A DNA stretch of 24,933 nucleotides from a virus. Its lineage: Duplodnaviria; Caudoviricetes. Every line of letters starts with the position of its first letter. The stretch's first letter is position 1. Location: IMG/VR virus record IMGVR_UViG_3300021373_000405, positions 1-24,933 of that record. One strand, given 5' to 3'. The position numbers and the translations under genes are program-made. Below are positions 24,673-24,933 of this stretch, piece after piece. Under the pieces are notes generated by a model that was given only the letters and a program-made list of their open reading frames with translations, did no database searches and was not told the DNA's origin.

Positions 24673-24933
24673 TGGCGCAGGGCATCAAAGTTTGGGACAA
24701 AGACGGGAACGTCACGTTTTCCACGGAGGATGTTACGTGGAACTACTTAGCCACTTACACTGTGGAAGGGAGTACGGCCAAGTTAGAGAAAACCCTTTCG
24801 TCTTTGTGTAGTGAGTTTCTAGTAGTGACCCAGATGATCGACCAGTTGACGGGAGATGACGAGGCGTATTGCCACACCGCCTCTATCGTAAGTAGGAAAA
24901 TTACCATGAAAAGACAGTCCGGGGCCTCGGCGG
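24672..24933 (+). CDS. Tail-associated protein, 3'-truncated (not in ORF track)
   Basis: TAATG overlap; MAQGIKVWDKDGNVTFSTEDVTWNYL... is open to the window end, and this N-terminus is typical of genes following lambda-J-like proteins. Confidence 0.72.
   Translation, partial: MAQGIKVWDKDGNVTFSTEDVTWNYLATYTVEGSTAKLEKTLSSLCSEFLVVTQMIDQLTGDDEAYCHTASIVSRKITMKRQSGASA

Noticed and set aside
1-24933. tRNA, rRNA, intron, intein, transposase or integrase
   Set aside because: Intergenic gaps are all under about 65 nt, and no such motifs or interrupted genes were seen.

Overview
The window is a single + strand late (morphogenesis and lysis) region of a tailed dsDNA phage with podovirus-like gene content. 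In order it encodes: portal (5'-truncated), a small head protein, scaffold, major capsid, two head-tail adaptor-like proteins, a BppU-like/18-aa-repeat/collar-like trio, an 1102-aa modular tail fibre with a C-terminal S74 chaperone, a post-fibre protein, a tail assembly chaperone, a GT-A glycosyltransferase and small proteins. It continues with three small basic proteins (two missed by the ORF track), an EF-hand membrane protein, a 3-TM holin, a GH19 endolysin, a nozzle/stabilisation-like protein and a DUF1983-type host-specificity protein. The most unusual element is a tightly coupled six-gene block (14747-17968) of exported or membrane proteins with a pilin-like subunit, a PapD-like chaperone and two Cys-clamped beta-hairpin proteins, but no usher. 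A 10-bp motif GTTARCACAT recurs at three gene boundaries. All family assignments come from motif recognition by eye; no database searches were run.
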